Source: Octopus vulgaris (taxonomy: Eukaryota). From it: a stretch of 64,000 nucleotides of DNA. The notes beneath the pieces are model-generated. The model had not been told where the DNA came from and did no database searches. It was given only the letters and a program-made list of their open reading frames with translations. The stretch covers positions 31,186,001-31,250,000 of the forward strand of contig OX597819.1 in assembly GCA_951406725.2 (NCBI GenBank), in the 5' to 3' direction. Shown here in pieces: positions 23,960 to 34,919 of the stretch; positions within the stretch are counted from its first letter, which is position 1; each line of letters starts with the position of its first letter. The position numbers were made by a program, and so were the translations under genes.

Positions 23960-24467
23960 ACCTGTTGGAGTCAAGTGAAATCATTGTCATGGCCAATACT
24001 AGTACCACCTGACTGGCACCCGTGCTGACAATATGTAAAAAGCACCATTCGAGCATGGTCAATGTCAGTGCTACTGGACTGGCTCCTGTGCCAGTGGCAT
24101 ATAAAAAGGACCACTCATGCATGGTCAATGCCAGTGCCGCCTGACAGGCTCTCATGCCGGTGGCACATAAAAAGCACCATTCGAATGTGGTCAATGCCAG
24201 TGCCGCCTGACAGGCTCTCATGCTGGTGGCACATAAAAAGCACCATTTGAGCATGGTCAATGCCAGTGCCGCCTGACTGACCCCTGTGCCAGTGGCATGC
24301 AAAAAGCACCCACTACACTCTCGGAGTGGTTGGCATTAGGAAGGGCATCCAGCTGTAGCGACCTTGCCAGATCAGACAAGAGCCTTCTGGCTTACCAGTC
24401 CTCAGTCAAACCGTCCAAACCATGCCAGCATGGAAAGCAGACGTTAAACAATGACGATGATGATGAT
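23960..24467 (+). mobile_element. RTE 3'UTR with about 5 tandem ~63-bp units
   Basis: Repetitive pseudo-ORF 23958..24302 and a (GAT)n tail. Confidence 0.8.
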
Positions 24468-25225
24468 TGTATTTAAATGCAGGATATCAAGCAATTTCAG
24501 TTGATTCTCATAACATTTATTTAGCTATACATTTTTCTTATACATATGATTTAATAAGCACCTCTATTTACTCATAACTAATCTGAAAGAGAATCATAAT
24601 AAGATTTTCAAAAGAAACCCTTTTCACTCTTTTATTGCTGAAAGCAGATATCATCATCATTTAACATACATTTTCCATGCTGACATGGGTTGGATGGTTT
24701 GACAGGAGCTGACCAGCTGATGGGCTGTTCATGTATTTTTTGGCATGGTTTCTACAGCTGGATACCCTTCTTAATGTCAACCACTTTACATAGTGTATTG
24801 GGTGCTGTTATGCAACACTGGCACAAATACTTTTTACAAGGCACCAGCACTTACAAACCTGCAAGATTAGCGATTCTCAGCTGGAGATGTATCCACTCAA
24901 AATTTCATTACCCCTAATTGTGCAAAACATTTTAATATACTAATCTAAATCTATTTTTTGTTGAGGAATGTCATATTTGAAACTATTTTTTTGTTGAGAT
25001 ATGTCAAATTTATTGAAGCAGTGGGACTTGCAGAAAATACCAATTCTATGTTTTGGCAGATATTTAACATTATTACTGGAATAACCACATAATTTCATTT
25101 TGCAGTGACAGGGTTAACTTACACTTTCCAAAATCATTATTATGTTAGTCCTAACTGAATATCTTTGTAATAGTTTATCAACAACTTTAAAAAATGAAAA
25201 AGGAATGTTACATTCAAATACTTAC

Positions 25226-25304
25226 TGTATAGAGAGCTAAGATTGCAAGTTGATTGTAAGGTCGACCATTTTTAGGGGCAAGTTGCTGAGCCCTCATGTA
25301 CCAA
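25226..25304 (-). CDS. SMG6: SMG6 exon 7 (WYMRAQQLAPKNGRPYNQLAILALYT)
   Basis: Acceptor TTTCCAG|T, donor ACA|GTAAGT, 79 nt. Hallmark PKNGRPYNQLA motif. Confidence 0.96.
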
Positions 25305-25957
25305 CTGGAAATGGAAAAAATGTTTAAGTCAGTATGATTAAAATTCTTGTTTAACCTAACAAAAATTACATTTTACAAAAATAAAAATGGTGATTTAAAT
25401 CAGTCTCTGATCTGGTTCAAGCTAAATTATGCATATATATTGTTGTTCTGCATAGGATAGACATTAGCTAGCTGTTCAGTAAATCAGAGATTAGTTATAA
25501 CACTAATTAGTATTAGTACTTTATATAAAATCATTAACTCTGTTGCAGTCTTGTTAGAATAAATAATATAAAGTTATAAATTACTGTGTTCATGTTTTCG
25601 TGCTGTTTAATTGAACAAGTTTTTCCTTGTTTTAAATAAATTTCTGATCATTAAATCTTACTTTAAACTCCAACATGATTTTAGAGGATCAGTTTATAAA
25701 GAAGATAAACCAGAGTCAAGGTACTGGATCAATAACCACACACTCAGCAGTTCAAAACTTACTCCAACCATCATAGTCTGCTTTGTCATCTACTGATAAT
25801 CATTTTCACAAATAAGTCACCATAGGCAGGTTAGCAGCAGAAATGGTAACTGTTTCCTCCAAATTAAAAATATTCAAATTTAAAAAAGATTCACCCATCC
25901 ATACTAGTAAGCAAAACAGAACACTGTCAGTATAATGAGGGTATAAACATGACTGAG

Positions 25958-26287
25958 AGACCCCCTTCGGTCAGACACTGACCATGGGCTTGCACCTAGA
26001 AAGTTACCCTCTGAGGTACAAGTCTGGGCAAGGTTGTTTATGGAAGACCAGCAGTCGCCCATGCATACCAGCCTCCCCTCTCCACACCACCAGTGTTATC
26101 CAAGGGAAAGGCAAAGGGGCCGATACAGCTTGGCACCTGTGATGTCGCAACTCATTTCTACAGCTGAGTGAACTGGAGCAACGTGAAATAAAAGTGTCTT
26201 GCTCAAGAACACAACACGCAGCCCGGTCCGGGATTCGAGCTCACAACCTCACGATCGTAAGCTCGACGCTCTAACCACTGAGCCATG
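25958..26287 (-). mobile_element. Young SINE family C
   Basis: Intact tRNA-like head TGGCTCAGTGGTTAGAGCGTCGAGCTTACGATCGTGAGGTTGTGAGCTCGAATCCC. Confidence 0.88.
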
Positions 26288-26402
26288 ACTATTTCTTCAA
26301 ATATGAAACGCTGTGCATAGTTGAAATGATACGGAACGTAAATGAGAAAATATCGACAAATCATTGATGAATTCAAAATCAATTACAGAATTCAACAATC
26401 AC

Positions 26403-26620
26403 CTTCGTGCTCTGCCATAGTTTGTAGAATCGTTGGCCAATTCTCGATATCGAGCTATGTCACCAAGACATATCATAATTCTTTGGGAAGTGAGTAAAGC
26501 AAGTTTGACTGTTCTGTTGCAGGTTTCAGGAGGGGAACCATTGGTGTCAAGAAATGGTGTCAAGGAGAAGTTGTAAGTTGTCTGCAAATGTTCTAAAAGA
26601 CCTTCATAGAAGGAAGTTCC
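26403..26620 (-). CDS. SMG6: SMG6 exon 6 (GTSFYEGLLEHLQTTY...CLGDIARYRELANDSTNYGRAR)
   Basis: ORF 26399..26587, acceptor TCTTCTAG|G, donor AG|GTGATT. Contains the GDIARY EST1/SMG5-7 motif. Confidence 0.95.
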
Positions 26621-27139
26621 CTAGAAGACAAAACAAAAATATTAAAAAAATATAAGATCACACAATTTAAAACATCTGGTGTTTAATTATTAGTTTAGAT
26701 TATTAATTAATAATTAATTATTATTCCTTCATCACTCTAACAAATCAAGTGTTTTCAACTGTTAACAATAACATGATAAGCACATGGCCTACATGAAGGG
26801 AGTTTTAACTTTTGTTGTTAGCAGAATTTCATTGAATCTATAAATAATTATTTATTGTTTTTAGAGAAGCAAAAATAATATACATTAGTTATTGCTATTG
26901 TAAATAATACACAGAAATTTGTATTTAAAACAATTGTTTTGCTACCTCAATAATTAACTGAAGCAAACTACACCATACAAGCCTAAATTTTCAAGCATCT
27001 TCAAGTATTGTCTTTGAAAGAATAAAAGGAAAATGAGAATGATTGTACATAATCACTCAGCCTGCTCAGCAAACAGAAATGCAATGGCCACAACTAGACT
27101 GCTGAAGTTTGGGGCATATGAAAAATCAGACATAGTGTA

Positions 27140-27520
27140 GGCACAGGAGTGGCTGTGTGGTAAGTAAGTTGCTAACTACATGGTCCTGGGTTCAGTCCCA
27201 CTGCATGGGACCTTGAGCAAGTGTCTTCTACTATAGCCTCGAGCCGACAAAAGCCTTGTGAGTGGATTTGGTAGATGGAAACTGAAAGAAGTCCATTGTG
27301 TGTGTGTGTGTGTGTGTTGTGCATCTGTGTTTGTCCTCCTCCATCATCACTTGACAACTGATGATGGTGTGCTTATGTCCCTTTAACTTAGCGGTTCAGC
27401 AAAAGAGTCCGTTAGAATAAGTACTAGGCTTAAAAAGAATAGGTCCTGGGGTTGATTTGTTCAACTAAAGGCAGTGCTCCAGCATGGCTGCAGTCAAATG
27501 ACAGAAACAAAATAGAGAAT
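27140..27520 (+). mobile_element. SINE family B
   Basis: Full head, core and tail. Confidence 0.85.
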
Positions 27521-27584
27521 ATGCCTTGAATCACTAAGCTCTCAGTCAGCAGGTTCCACACCATAGACTTATTTATGTATATAC

Positions 27585-28378
27585 AGCTGACTAGAGCTAC
27601 TCAACAAGACCTGCTAGAATTTTTCAACGAAGCTAGCTAGAGTTATTCAATATCACTGGCTAGGTTATTCAATGAGTCTGCCTAGATCTAATCAACAAGT
27701 TTTGCTAGTATTATGACTTGTAGTATTAATGACTTGTAGGGATAAGGTATTTCATAATGCAACTATAATATATTATAAAGTATATTAAGCGTTTTTAAAA
27801 CTCAATGCCATGTTCAACTGCATTAGCAGTGTGCTTAACATCACTTGTTGAGCTTATCTCTAGAGATATCATCTAGAAATTATAGTACAGTAACAAAAAT
27901 CAGTGCTGGCTATAATTTCTGTAGAATATCTGTAGAGAGAACTTCAACAACTAATCAGTAAGGCTGGCTAGATCTATTTAACAATTTGGCGAGAGCTATT
28001 CAACAATTTGGCTAGAGCTATTCAACAAGGTTGGCTAGAGCTATTCAACAAGGCTGGCTAGAGCTATTCAACAAGGCTGGCTAGAGCTATTCAACAAAGT
28101 TGGCTAGAGTTATTCAACAATTTGGCAACAGCTATTCAACAATTTGGCAACAGCTATTCAACAATTTGGCAACAGCTATTCAACAATTTGGTAACAGCTA
28201 TTCAACAAATTTGCCTAAAGCTGTTCAACAAATTTGACTTGAGCCATTCAACAAGGCTAGCAAGAGGTATTCAACAAGACTGGTATTCAACATGTTTGGT
28301 TAGAACTATTCAACAAGGCTGGCTACAGCCATTTATCAAGACTAGATATGGCTATTCAACAAGGTTGGCAAGAGCTGT
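27585..28378 (+). repeat. 21/22-bp minisatellite array, consensus GGCTAGAGCTATTCAACAA(TT/GGTT/GGCT)
   Basis: About 19 consecutive units at 27960-28378 and about 6 decayed units at 27585-27710. Confidence 0.9.
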
Positions 28379-28459
28379 TTAAAAAAGAGAAAAAGAAAAA
28401 TTGCAAGACTTCAGGTATATTGTAAGCTAATGTTGTCATGCAGATAATCCTCAATATGC

Positions 28460-28868
28460 GGATCTTTTCGGTTTGAACGGCAGTTTTTAACAATTTCTAG
28501 GTAACTAAAAAATTTTAAACTTCGTATACTGCTAGAATGTGTTTATAAAACATCTTTTTCTCTTAGCTTTATTGAGAAAATTCTATAGTTTGTAAGATAT
28601 TTGTTGTTGTTTTTTTCTTCAATTTCTGCAATTTCAATCAATCAATGACATCCATTGAGTTAAAAAGCATTCTGTGTCATATGAATATGTCCTCGTTTAA
28701 GAAACAGATTGGGTTTATTTACATTTGTGAAGAAAAAAAGATACCCTTCCCCTAACCCTAACCCTAAAAGAGATTGAAATGCAATAGACTGATTCTAGGG
28801 TCATAATTATGAGTGACAATTTCATATGACACCGCTAGAAAAAACTGCCGTTCAAGCCGAAAAGATCC
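28460..28868. mobile_element. Second copy of the Merlin-like MITE
   Basis: Same TIRs and body. TSD CAATATGC at 28452-28459 and 28869-28876. Internal CCCTAACCCTAACCCTAA. Confidence 0.88.
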
Positions 28869-28989
28869 CAATATGCTAGATTAATCATTATTAATCAAGC
28901 TAACCTAAAATGTTTTTAAAATTTTAATAATTTTAAATTATTAGAAATTTCATTGCAATAATGTAAAGTAATTGATTAAATGTATATAC

Positions 28990-29191
28990 CTCATCAAGGA
29001 CAGTAAAGAGTTGCTCCTTAATGCTTTCTGTAGAAACGTTTCTGGTGGATGGCTCCTCTGCTAACTGCTTACGGTAAATTTCTATCAGCTGATAGTATAC
29101 TGACTTCCAGAGCAGCTGTTCAACATTTTGCTTAATCGATACTTCTAAATCCAACAGAATTATCTGCTCACACTTGGTTTGCAAATCCAAT
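28990..29191 (-). CDS. SMG6: SMG6 exon 5 (LDLQTKCEQIILLDLEV...QLLWKSVYYQLIE...LFTVLDE), start of the 14-3-3-like/EST1 domain
   Basis: ORF 28933..29190, acceptor TTTAG|A, donor GAG|GTATAT, 202 nt, phase 2 to 0. Confidence 0.93.
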
Positions 29192-29605
29192 CTAAATTTA
29201 AAGGATTAAAATAAAATAAACATTATTTGCAGTTCAAGACATATTTAATGAGATTGGTTGATTATTTGGAATCTAAAAGACTACAAATAATGACCACTAA
29301 AATCTTATCACAAATGAATCATGTGTATTCTGATCTTTAGAATAGGCAACCATATCCCTCTCCATTCTTCTCTACAGAGCAGCAAAGTGACTCCTTTCAA
29401 AGATCCTGGCAAAATGGATCAATGACTCCAATAGCAGAGCCCTGAGAACCATTGAGAACATCAGATGGTACTATCACATTTCCAATAAAGAACCGTGTAC
29501 AACATTTTTCACATCCCCACCACAAAATGGTTTCAAATTTTGGCACAGGGCCAGCAGTTTTTGAAGAGAAAGGTAAGTTGATTACATCAACCCCAGTACT
29601 TGACT

Positions 29606-29921
29606 GGTCAAACGTTGGGCCTCATGGAGGCTGTGACAAGTGACTGAGACCTTTGGCGTTATACCATGCTTGAGAAAACCTGTCAAGCCTAGTGAGATCA
29701 TAGGTGTGGCCAATGCTGGTGTTACATAACTGGCCCTGTGCCAGTGGCACATACAAAGCACCAACTACACTCTTGGAGTGATTGGCGTTAGGAAGGGCAT
29801 CCAGTTGTAGAAACCATGCCAAATCAGATTGGAACCTGGTGCAGCTCTCCAGCTTACCAGTTTTCAGTCAAGCCATCCAACTCATGCCAGCATGTAAAAT
29901 GGATGTTTGATGATGATGATG
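29606..29921 (+). mobile_element. RTE LINE 3' end nested in a family-A-related SINE
   Basis: ORF2 C-terminal remnant, 3'UTR and (GAT)n tail; SINE halves at about 29530-29605 and 29922-30030. Confidence 0.72.
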
Positions 29922-31229
29922 AAAGGATGAACAGTAAAGTCAACCATGGCAGAATTTGAACTTAGAACATAAGGACACATAAAATGTCATTAGGTATTTT
30001 GCCTGGAATGCCAACAGTTCTGCCAGCTTGCCACAATGAGATTGGAACAGGGTTTCAATCATTTTTACTTTACTTAACTACAAATGCCCATGAATATTAC
30101 ACTTCTTCACTTTTCATTCCTTTCTAATACAGAGATGTTTGTTGTGCCCCATAAAAAAAAACAACAACATTCTTTTCATTTTAATCAGAGTAGTTTTACA
30201 TCTGCGGCTCTGAATACACCTGAAAATGAGCATCTCTCATTACACTTTAATTCAATGTCATTCATGGGTGAGGTGCAGACATAGCTGTGTGATTAAGAAG
30301 CTTGCTTCCTGACCATGTGATCTCAGTTTCTGTTCCTCTGCACAGACCAAAGCTTTGAGTGGACTTGGTAGACCAAAACTGAAAGAAGCCCATTGTGTGT
30401 GTGTGTGTGCGCGTGTGCATGGGCACTCGGAATTCCTGGGTTAGTATCTGGCATGTTGGAAGACCACTAGGAGTGAGGCCCCGCATAGTTTTTGTTAAAA
30501 CATATCGCTAGGTTACCCTGGTGCAAAACAAGATATGCAGGAAATAGTATTGAACATTTTTGGAATCTTTTGCTTGCGTTCGAGTTCATAACATTCCCAC
30601 ATTCCTAAGCCTGTGACCCATAGATCTTGCCCCGGTTTGTCTCTCGATCATGTCAGTAGGGTGGAAAGGGTCTCTGAGGTGCTGTGCAAGCCTTGCTGGA
30701 CCAAAAATTACAGGCTGTGCAATTGCCAGCAAGGCAACTATCTAATGCTTGGTCAAATAGGAGGGTTCCATAGCAAGCATGGAAATTACAGGTGCAAACC
30801 CAGGTGAAGCCAACTGCTGGTGCAATCACCTTATGCACAAACATGCCTGGTATTTTATATGGGCAATGGTCAGTGATGGTCTTCCTCGGTCATGAGTGGA
30901 CAGCCATCATCATGCATGTATGTATGTATGTATGTATGTATGTGTGTTTGTGTTTACCCTTGTCTTGACAACATGGTTGAAATATAAGCTGTGTTTCCAT
31001 TATTCTGTGAAAGACAAGTCTGGCCATGAGAAAATATTAACTCACTAGGAAACAAGTGAAGGTTGGTGACAGGAAGAGCATCCGATCAAAGAAAATCTAA
31101 CTCAACAAATTCCACCTGACCCATACAAGCATGGAAAAGCGAATGCTAAATAATGATGATGGCAATGACTGTAGCTAGTTTGTTACAAACCAACACAACA
31201 TGCAAGTTTACATTTGGCTTTTTCCTTAC

Positions 31230-31391
31230 CTGAGTTGACTGAGTTTATTCATGGACTCTGGTTGGAGGCCCCTCGACACCATATTGCTCAATTGTCCCTC
31301 AATTGGCAAGCTGTCATGAAATAACTGTTCAGCCATTGTTCGACAATGAGCTCGTGATCGTGGTGGATTACAAACATCGAGGCCTTGTCCA
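31230..31391 (-). CDS. SMG6: SMG6 exon 4 (GQGLDVCNPP...IEGQLSNMVSRGLQPESMNKLSQLR)
   Basis: Acceptor TACTTACAG|T, donor AG|GTAAGG, 162 nt. Resembles the LQLSNLLSR...EKMAQLR segment of vertebrate SMG6. Confidence 0.88.
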
Positions 31392-31643
31392 CTGTAAGTA
31401 GCAAAGAAAATAAGATTAATATTTTCAAATAAGAAATATCTATTTAAAACTTCCTTTATCTGAAAATAAGAAAAATCAAAGATACAGCTTGATCAAAACA
31501 TTGATAAAAATATTAAAATACCACTGTGCTACACAACATATCTATAGATTTTAGCCAACAAATTCTTTGTGTGTGTTTTACAGGTAAATACTTGAAGTTT
31601 TATACAGTATTAAAACAAAACATTAAAGCACCAATGATTTAAA

Positions 31644-31868
31644 CCCTTTAGGTTTTAACCTGCCCATATCTGACCAAAATATTCTACTTGTTTTATGTTC
31701 AAATTAGCCAGATCTGGCCTCTCACACCTACCCCCACAATGTCATTCTAAAAACAAACAATTAATTACATCAGTGAAATCTTGAAGCTCCAAGACAATGC
31801 AGGATTAATTCAAAAGAATGTAAATAAAGAAGCATTACATTTGACGAAGTAAACTGAATGCTAAAGAG
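31644..31868. mobile_element. piggyBac-like MITE, family 2
   Basis: Body shared with 17333 and 62799; decayed CCCTTTAG / CTAAAGAG ends. Confidence 0.68.
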
Positions 31869-32030
31869 TTGAAATGTTAAAAAGTAAAAGTTCAGTTTTA
31901 GAAAAAAAAAATATCGGTTTCAGTGTATTTATATCCATATCATTAAGACAGTTTTCTATATTATGACACAAAAATGTCCTTTAAGTCAGATATTTTAACA
32001 TCAGGAAACCAGATGTACAGTTACTTACCG

Positions 32031-32065
<35 letters not shown>

Positions 32066-32551
32066 TAAATATATATATATAAAGTTAAGATTTTGATGCA
32101 ATTAACAAAATAATATTTATAATTTTCTTTTTATTAAATCACTCATATTCAGCATGTTTAATAAGTTCCTTAATCTTTTGAATTGTAATAAATTCTCAAA
32201 ACCAAAATTTACCAAAAATTTTCATATTAATGAGGTTAGATAAATAAAAAGAAAAAAATTAAATGTATAAAATTAAGGGGGAAAAAAATGAAAAGATTAA
32301 AAACAGATTAAATATATTAAATCCACCAATAAAAACAAATTAGCAAATCAAACAAATCAAAATGATAACAATTTCCATATTTGTAACAGTTAAACTTTGA
32401 ATGTAATGTATGTGAATGGTTAAAATAAAAAAGGGTAACTATGATGGATAATAGAAGAAACACCAAAGTTATGAACAATATCTTGAAGAATAAGACTGTG
32501 AGAAAGATGCAAGTGTATAATTCTATTATATATATATATATATATATATAA

Positions 32552-32588
<37 letters not shown>

Positions 32589-32827
32589 TTAGGGAATATT
32601 ATTCCAAACTTACAGGGAAAAATTCAATTTAATTTTTTTCATTGTTGAATTGATAAAAGGTGTTTTTTTTCCAATTATATATATAAAAACGGTAAGATAA
32701 CAAAAGAAAGAAAGAGACCTCAATATTATGTAAACAGAGGAATTTATCTGTAAATGTAATATGTGACAATTATTCGGTAGCCAAGATAAAACTCCGAGTA
32801 ATTTTTTACACATAAAATATACAAATA

Positions 32828-33619
32828 ATCATCATCGTTGTCGTTTAATGTCTGCTTTCCATGCTGGTATCGGTTGGACAGTTTCACTGAGGAGTGGCAA
32901 CCCAAGAGGCTGCACCAGGCTCTAATCTCATCTGGCAAGGTTTCTACAGCCTGATGCCCTTCCTAATGCTAAACACTCCAAGAGTATAGTGGGTGCTTTT
33001 TATGTGCCACTGGTATGAGAGCCAGTCAGATGCCACTGGCACTGACCATGCTCAAATGGTGCTTTTTATGTGCCACTGGCATGGGAGCCAGTCTGGCAGC
33101 ACTGGCATCGATCACACTTGAATGGTGTTTTTTATGTGTCACAGGCACAGGGGCCAATCAGGTGGCACTGGCCTTGACCATGCTCGAATGGTGCTTTTTA
33201 CATGCCACCAGCACGGAAGCCAGTCAGGCAGCACTAGCATTGACCATGCTCAGATGGTGCTTTTTACATGCCACCAGCACAAGTGCCAGTCAAGCAGCAC
33301 TGGCACTGGCCACACTTGAATGGTGTTTTTTATGTGCCACCAGCACAGGTGCCAGCCAGGTGACACTGGACTCAGCTAGGACTACAATTTCACTTGACTC
33401 AACAGGTCTTCTCAAGCACAGCATATGTCCCGACAATTGAAGGGTACATTTAAATGGGCCAGTTATGCGACACTGGCCACAGCTACAATCTCATTTGGCT
33501 TGCTAGGCCTTCTCAAGCACAGTATACTCCTAAGGTCTCGGTCACTTGTCATCACCTCTGTGAGGCTCAATGTTTGAAGGTCGTGCTTCACCACCTCATC
33601 CCATGTCTTCCTGGGTCTA
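32828..33619 (-). mobile_element. RTE LINE 3' end with about 6 tandem 3'UTR units
   Basis: Reverse strand reads RPRKTWDEVVKHDLQTLSLTEVMTSDRDL (RTE ORF2 C-terminus), then the tandem units (pseudo-ORF 33015..33440) and the tail. Confidence 0.85.
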
Positions 33620-33751
33620 AAAGATACTAATAGTTTCATACATTAGAGATGCTTTTTAAGCAGGTTTATGTATGAAACTATTAGTAGCTCATAACTATAT
33701 ATGATGTACATTATTTACATTTGATGGATATTTGTCTTCACCTTGTTTGTT

Positions 33752-33798
33752 GTTAACAATGTTTCAGCTGATATATCCTCCAGCCTTCATTAGGTGTC
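33752..33798 (-). ncRNA. Mutated hammerhead copy in the left arm (core CTAATGA, shortened stem I)
   Basis: Reverse complement reads GACAC-CTAATGA-A-GGCTG-loop-CAGCT-GAAA-CATT-GTTAA. Confidence 0.6.
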
Positions 33799-34005
33799 TT
33801 GGGGAAATTTTGAACCTGAGTTCTCATTCCTAAGGTATTTTGCAATATTATTATCATTATTATTCAGGTCACTGCTTGGAATCAAACTCGGAATCTTGGG
33901 GTTAGTAATCTGCGCTCTTAACCACTACGCCATATGCCCGTGAGTGTAGTGGTTAAGAGTGCAGGCTACTAACACCAAGATTCCGAGTTTGATTCCAAGC
34001 AGTGA

Positions 34006-34048
<43 letters not shown>

Positions 34049-34093
34049 GAAAAATACCTTAGGAATGAAAACCCAGGTTTGAAATTTCCCCAA

Positions 34094-34139
34094 GACACCT
34101 GATGAAGGCTGGAGGGTATATCAGCCGAAATATTGTGTT
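34094..34139 (+). ncRNA. Minimal type I hammerhead ribozyme motif (Penelope-like, dimer type)
   Basis: GACAC-CTGATGA-A-GGCTG-(10-nt loop)-CAGCC-GAAA-TATT-GTGTT. Stem I GACAC/GTGTT, intact CUGAUGA and GAAA cores, stem II GGCTG/CAGCC, palindromic mini stem III ATAT. Confidence 0.72.
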
Positions 34140-34919
34140 AACAAACAAGATGAGGACAAGTATCCATCAAATGTAAATAATGCACATAATTCCTCATTTC
34201 TTAAATATAGAACTGTATATATGATGTACTTTAAACAATTTTTATCTCTTGCCAGATGGAGTACTTAACAGAAAAGTAAACTATATATATATATCTTGGG
34301 TCATATTACCTTCTATCATTCTGCTATTTTCTTGGTCATGTTGATTTGATTATACATACAATAACTCAAAGAACTGAGTATTCCTATCATGCATCCTTCT
34401 TATTTATCACTATCATCATTGTCTCTCAATCTGTAAAAGAGTTTGGTAAACAAGCAGAGACATGGAGTTAAGAGGTCTCTTTAGTCATGTCAAGGACATA
34501 GTTACCTCTCTAGTGCTGGTGGCACATAAAAAGCATTCTGTATACATTGTGAAATAGTTGGTTTTAAGAAAGCCATCAATCATAGAGACCAAGCCAAAAA
34601 CTAAATACATGAGCAAAACGCAGTCCTCCTACTCATCTTGGTGAGCAGTACCTCTTAATATGTGCTGACTCTCTGACTGTGCAAACTTATCCAACTGATG
34701 CTGGCATCGGAAACTGGATATAAAATGAAGATGATGGCTGAATATATATCATAGGGATTTATTTTATCCACTTTGGAAAGTTGAAATAATGATCAGTGGA
34801 CAACAAATTACGTACTGAAAGAGATCTAAGAAAGATTTCATTTAAATAGGTACAAAGTCAATATTTAATAATTTCTCCAATGAAAAGCCCTGTCCAAAAC
34901 ATTAAATTTCTCTTCTAAA

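Larger units (their letters stand above)
33696..34229. mobile_element. Inverted (head-to-head) tRNA-headed element with Penelope-type hammerhead, one-sided 3' tail and 14-bp TSD
   Basis: Arms about 33704-33931 and 33943-34187 are reverse complements of each other. Direct repeat TATATATGATGTAC at 33696-33709 and 34216-34229. Tail 34188-34215 is present only on the right arm. Confidence 0.8.

Noticed and set aside
26215-26287. Functional tRNA genes at SINE heads (also 33943-34010, 39211, 49035)
   Set aside because: Acceptor stems are not intact and each head continues into a repeated SINE body.
27960-28378. CRISPR-like array or coding repeat (ORF 28122..28382)
   Set aside because: The units are contiguous with no unique spacers, there are no cas genes, and this is a eukaryotic intron. 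The ORF is a by-product of the 21-bp period.
28750-28767. Functional link between telomeric repeats and the EST1A host gene
   Set aside because: The repeats are internal to a dispersed MITE and only three units long.
32590-32815. Possible additional Penelope pseudo-LTR fragment
   Set aside because: No hammerhead core, inverted partner or TSD is visible, so it cannot be supported from this window.
33015-33440. Repetitive Cys/Trp-containing proteins (also 23958..24302 and 15286..15543)
   Set aside because: These are antisense translations of the ~63-bp tandem units in RTE 3'UTRs.
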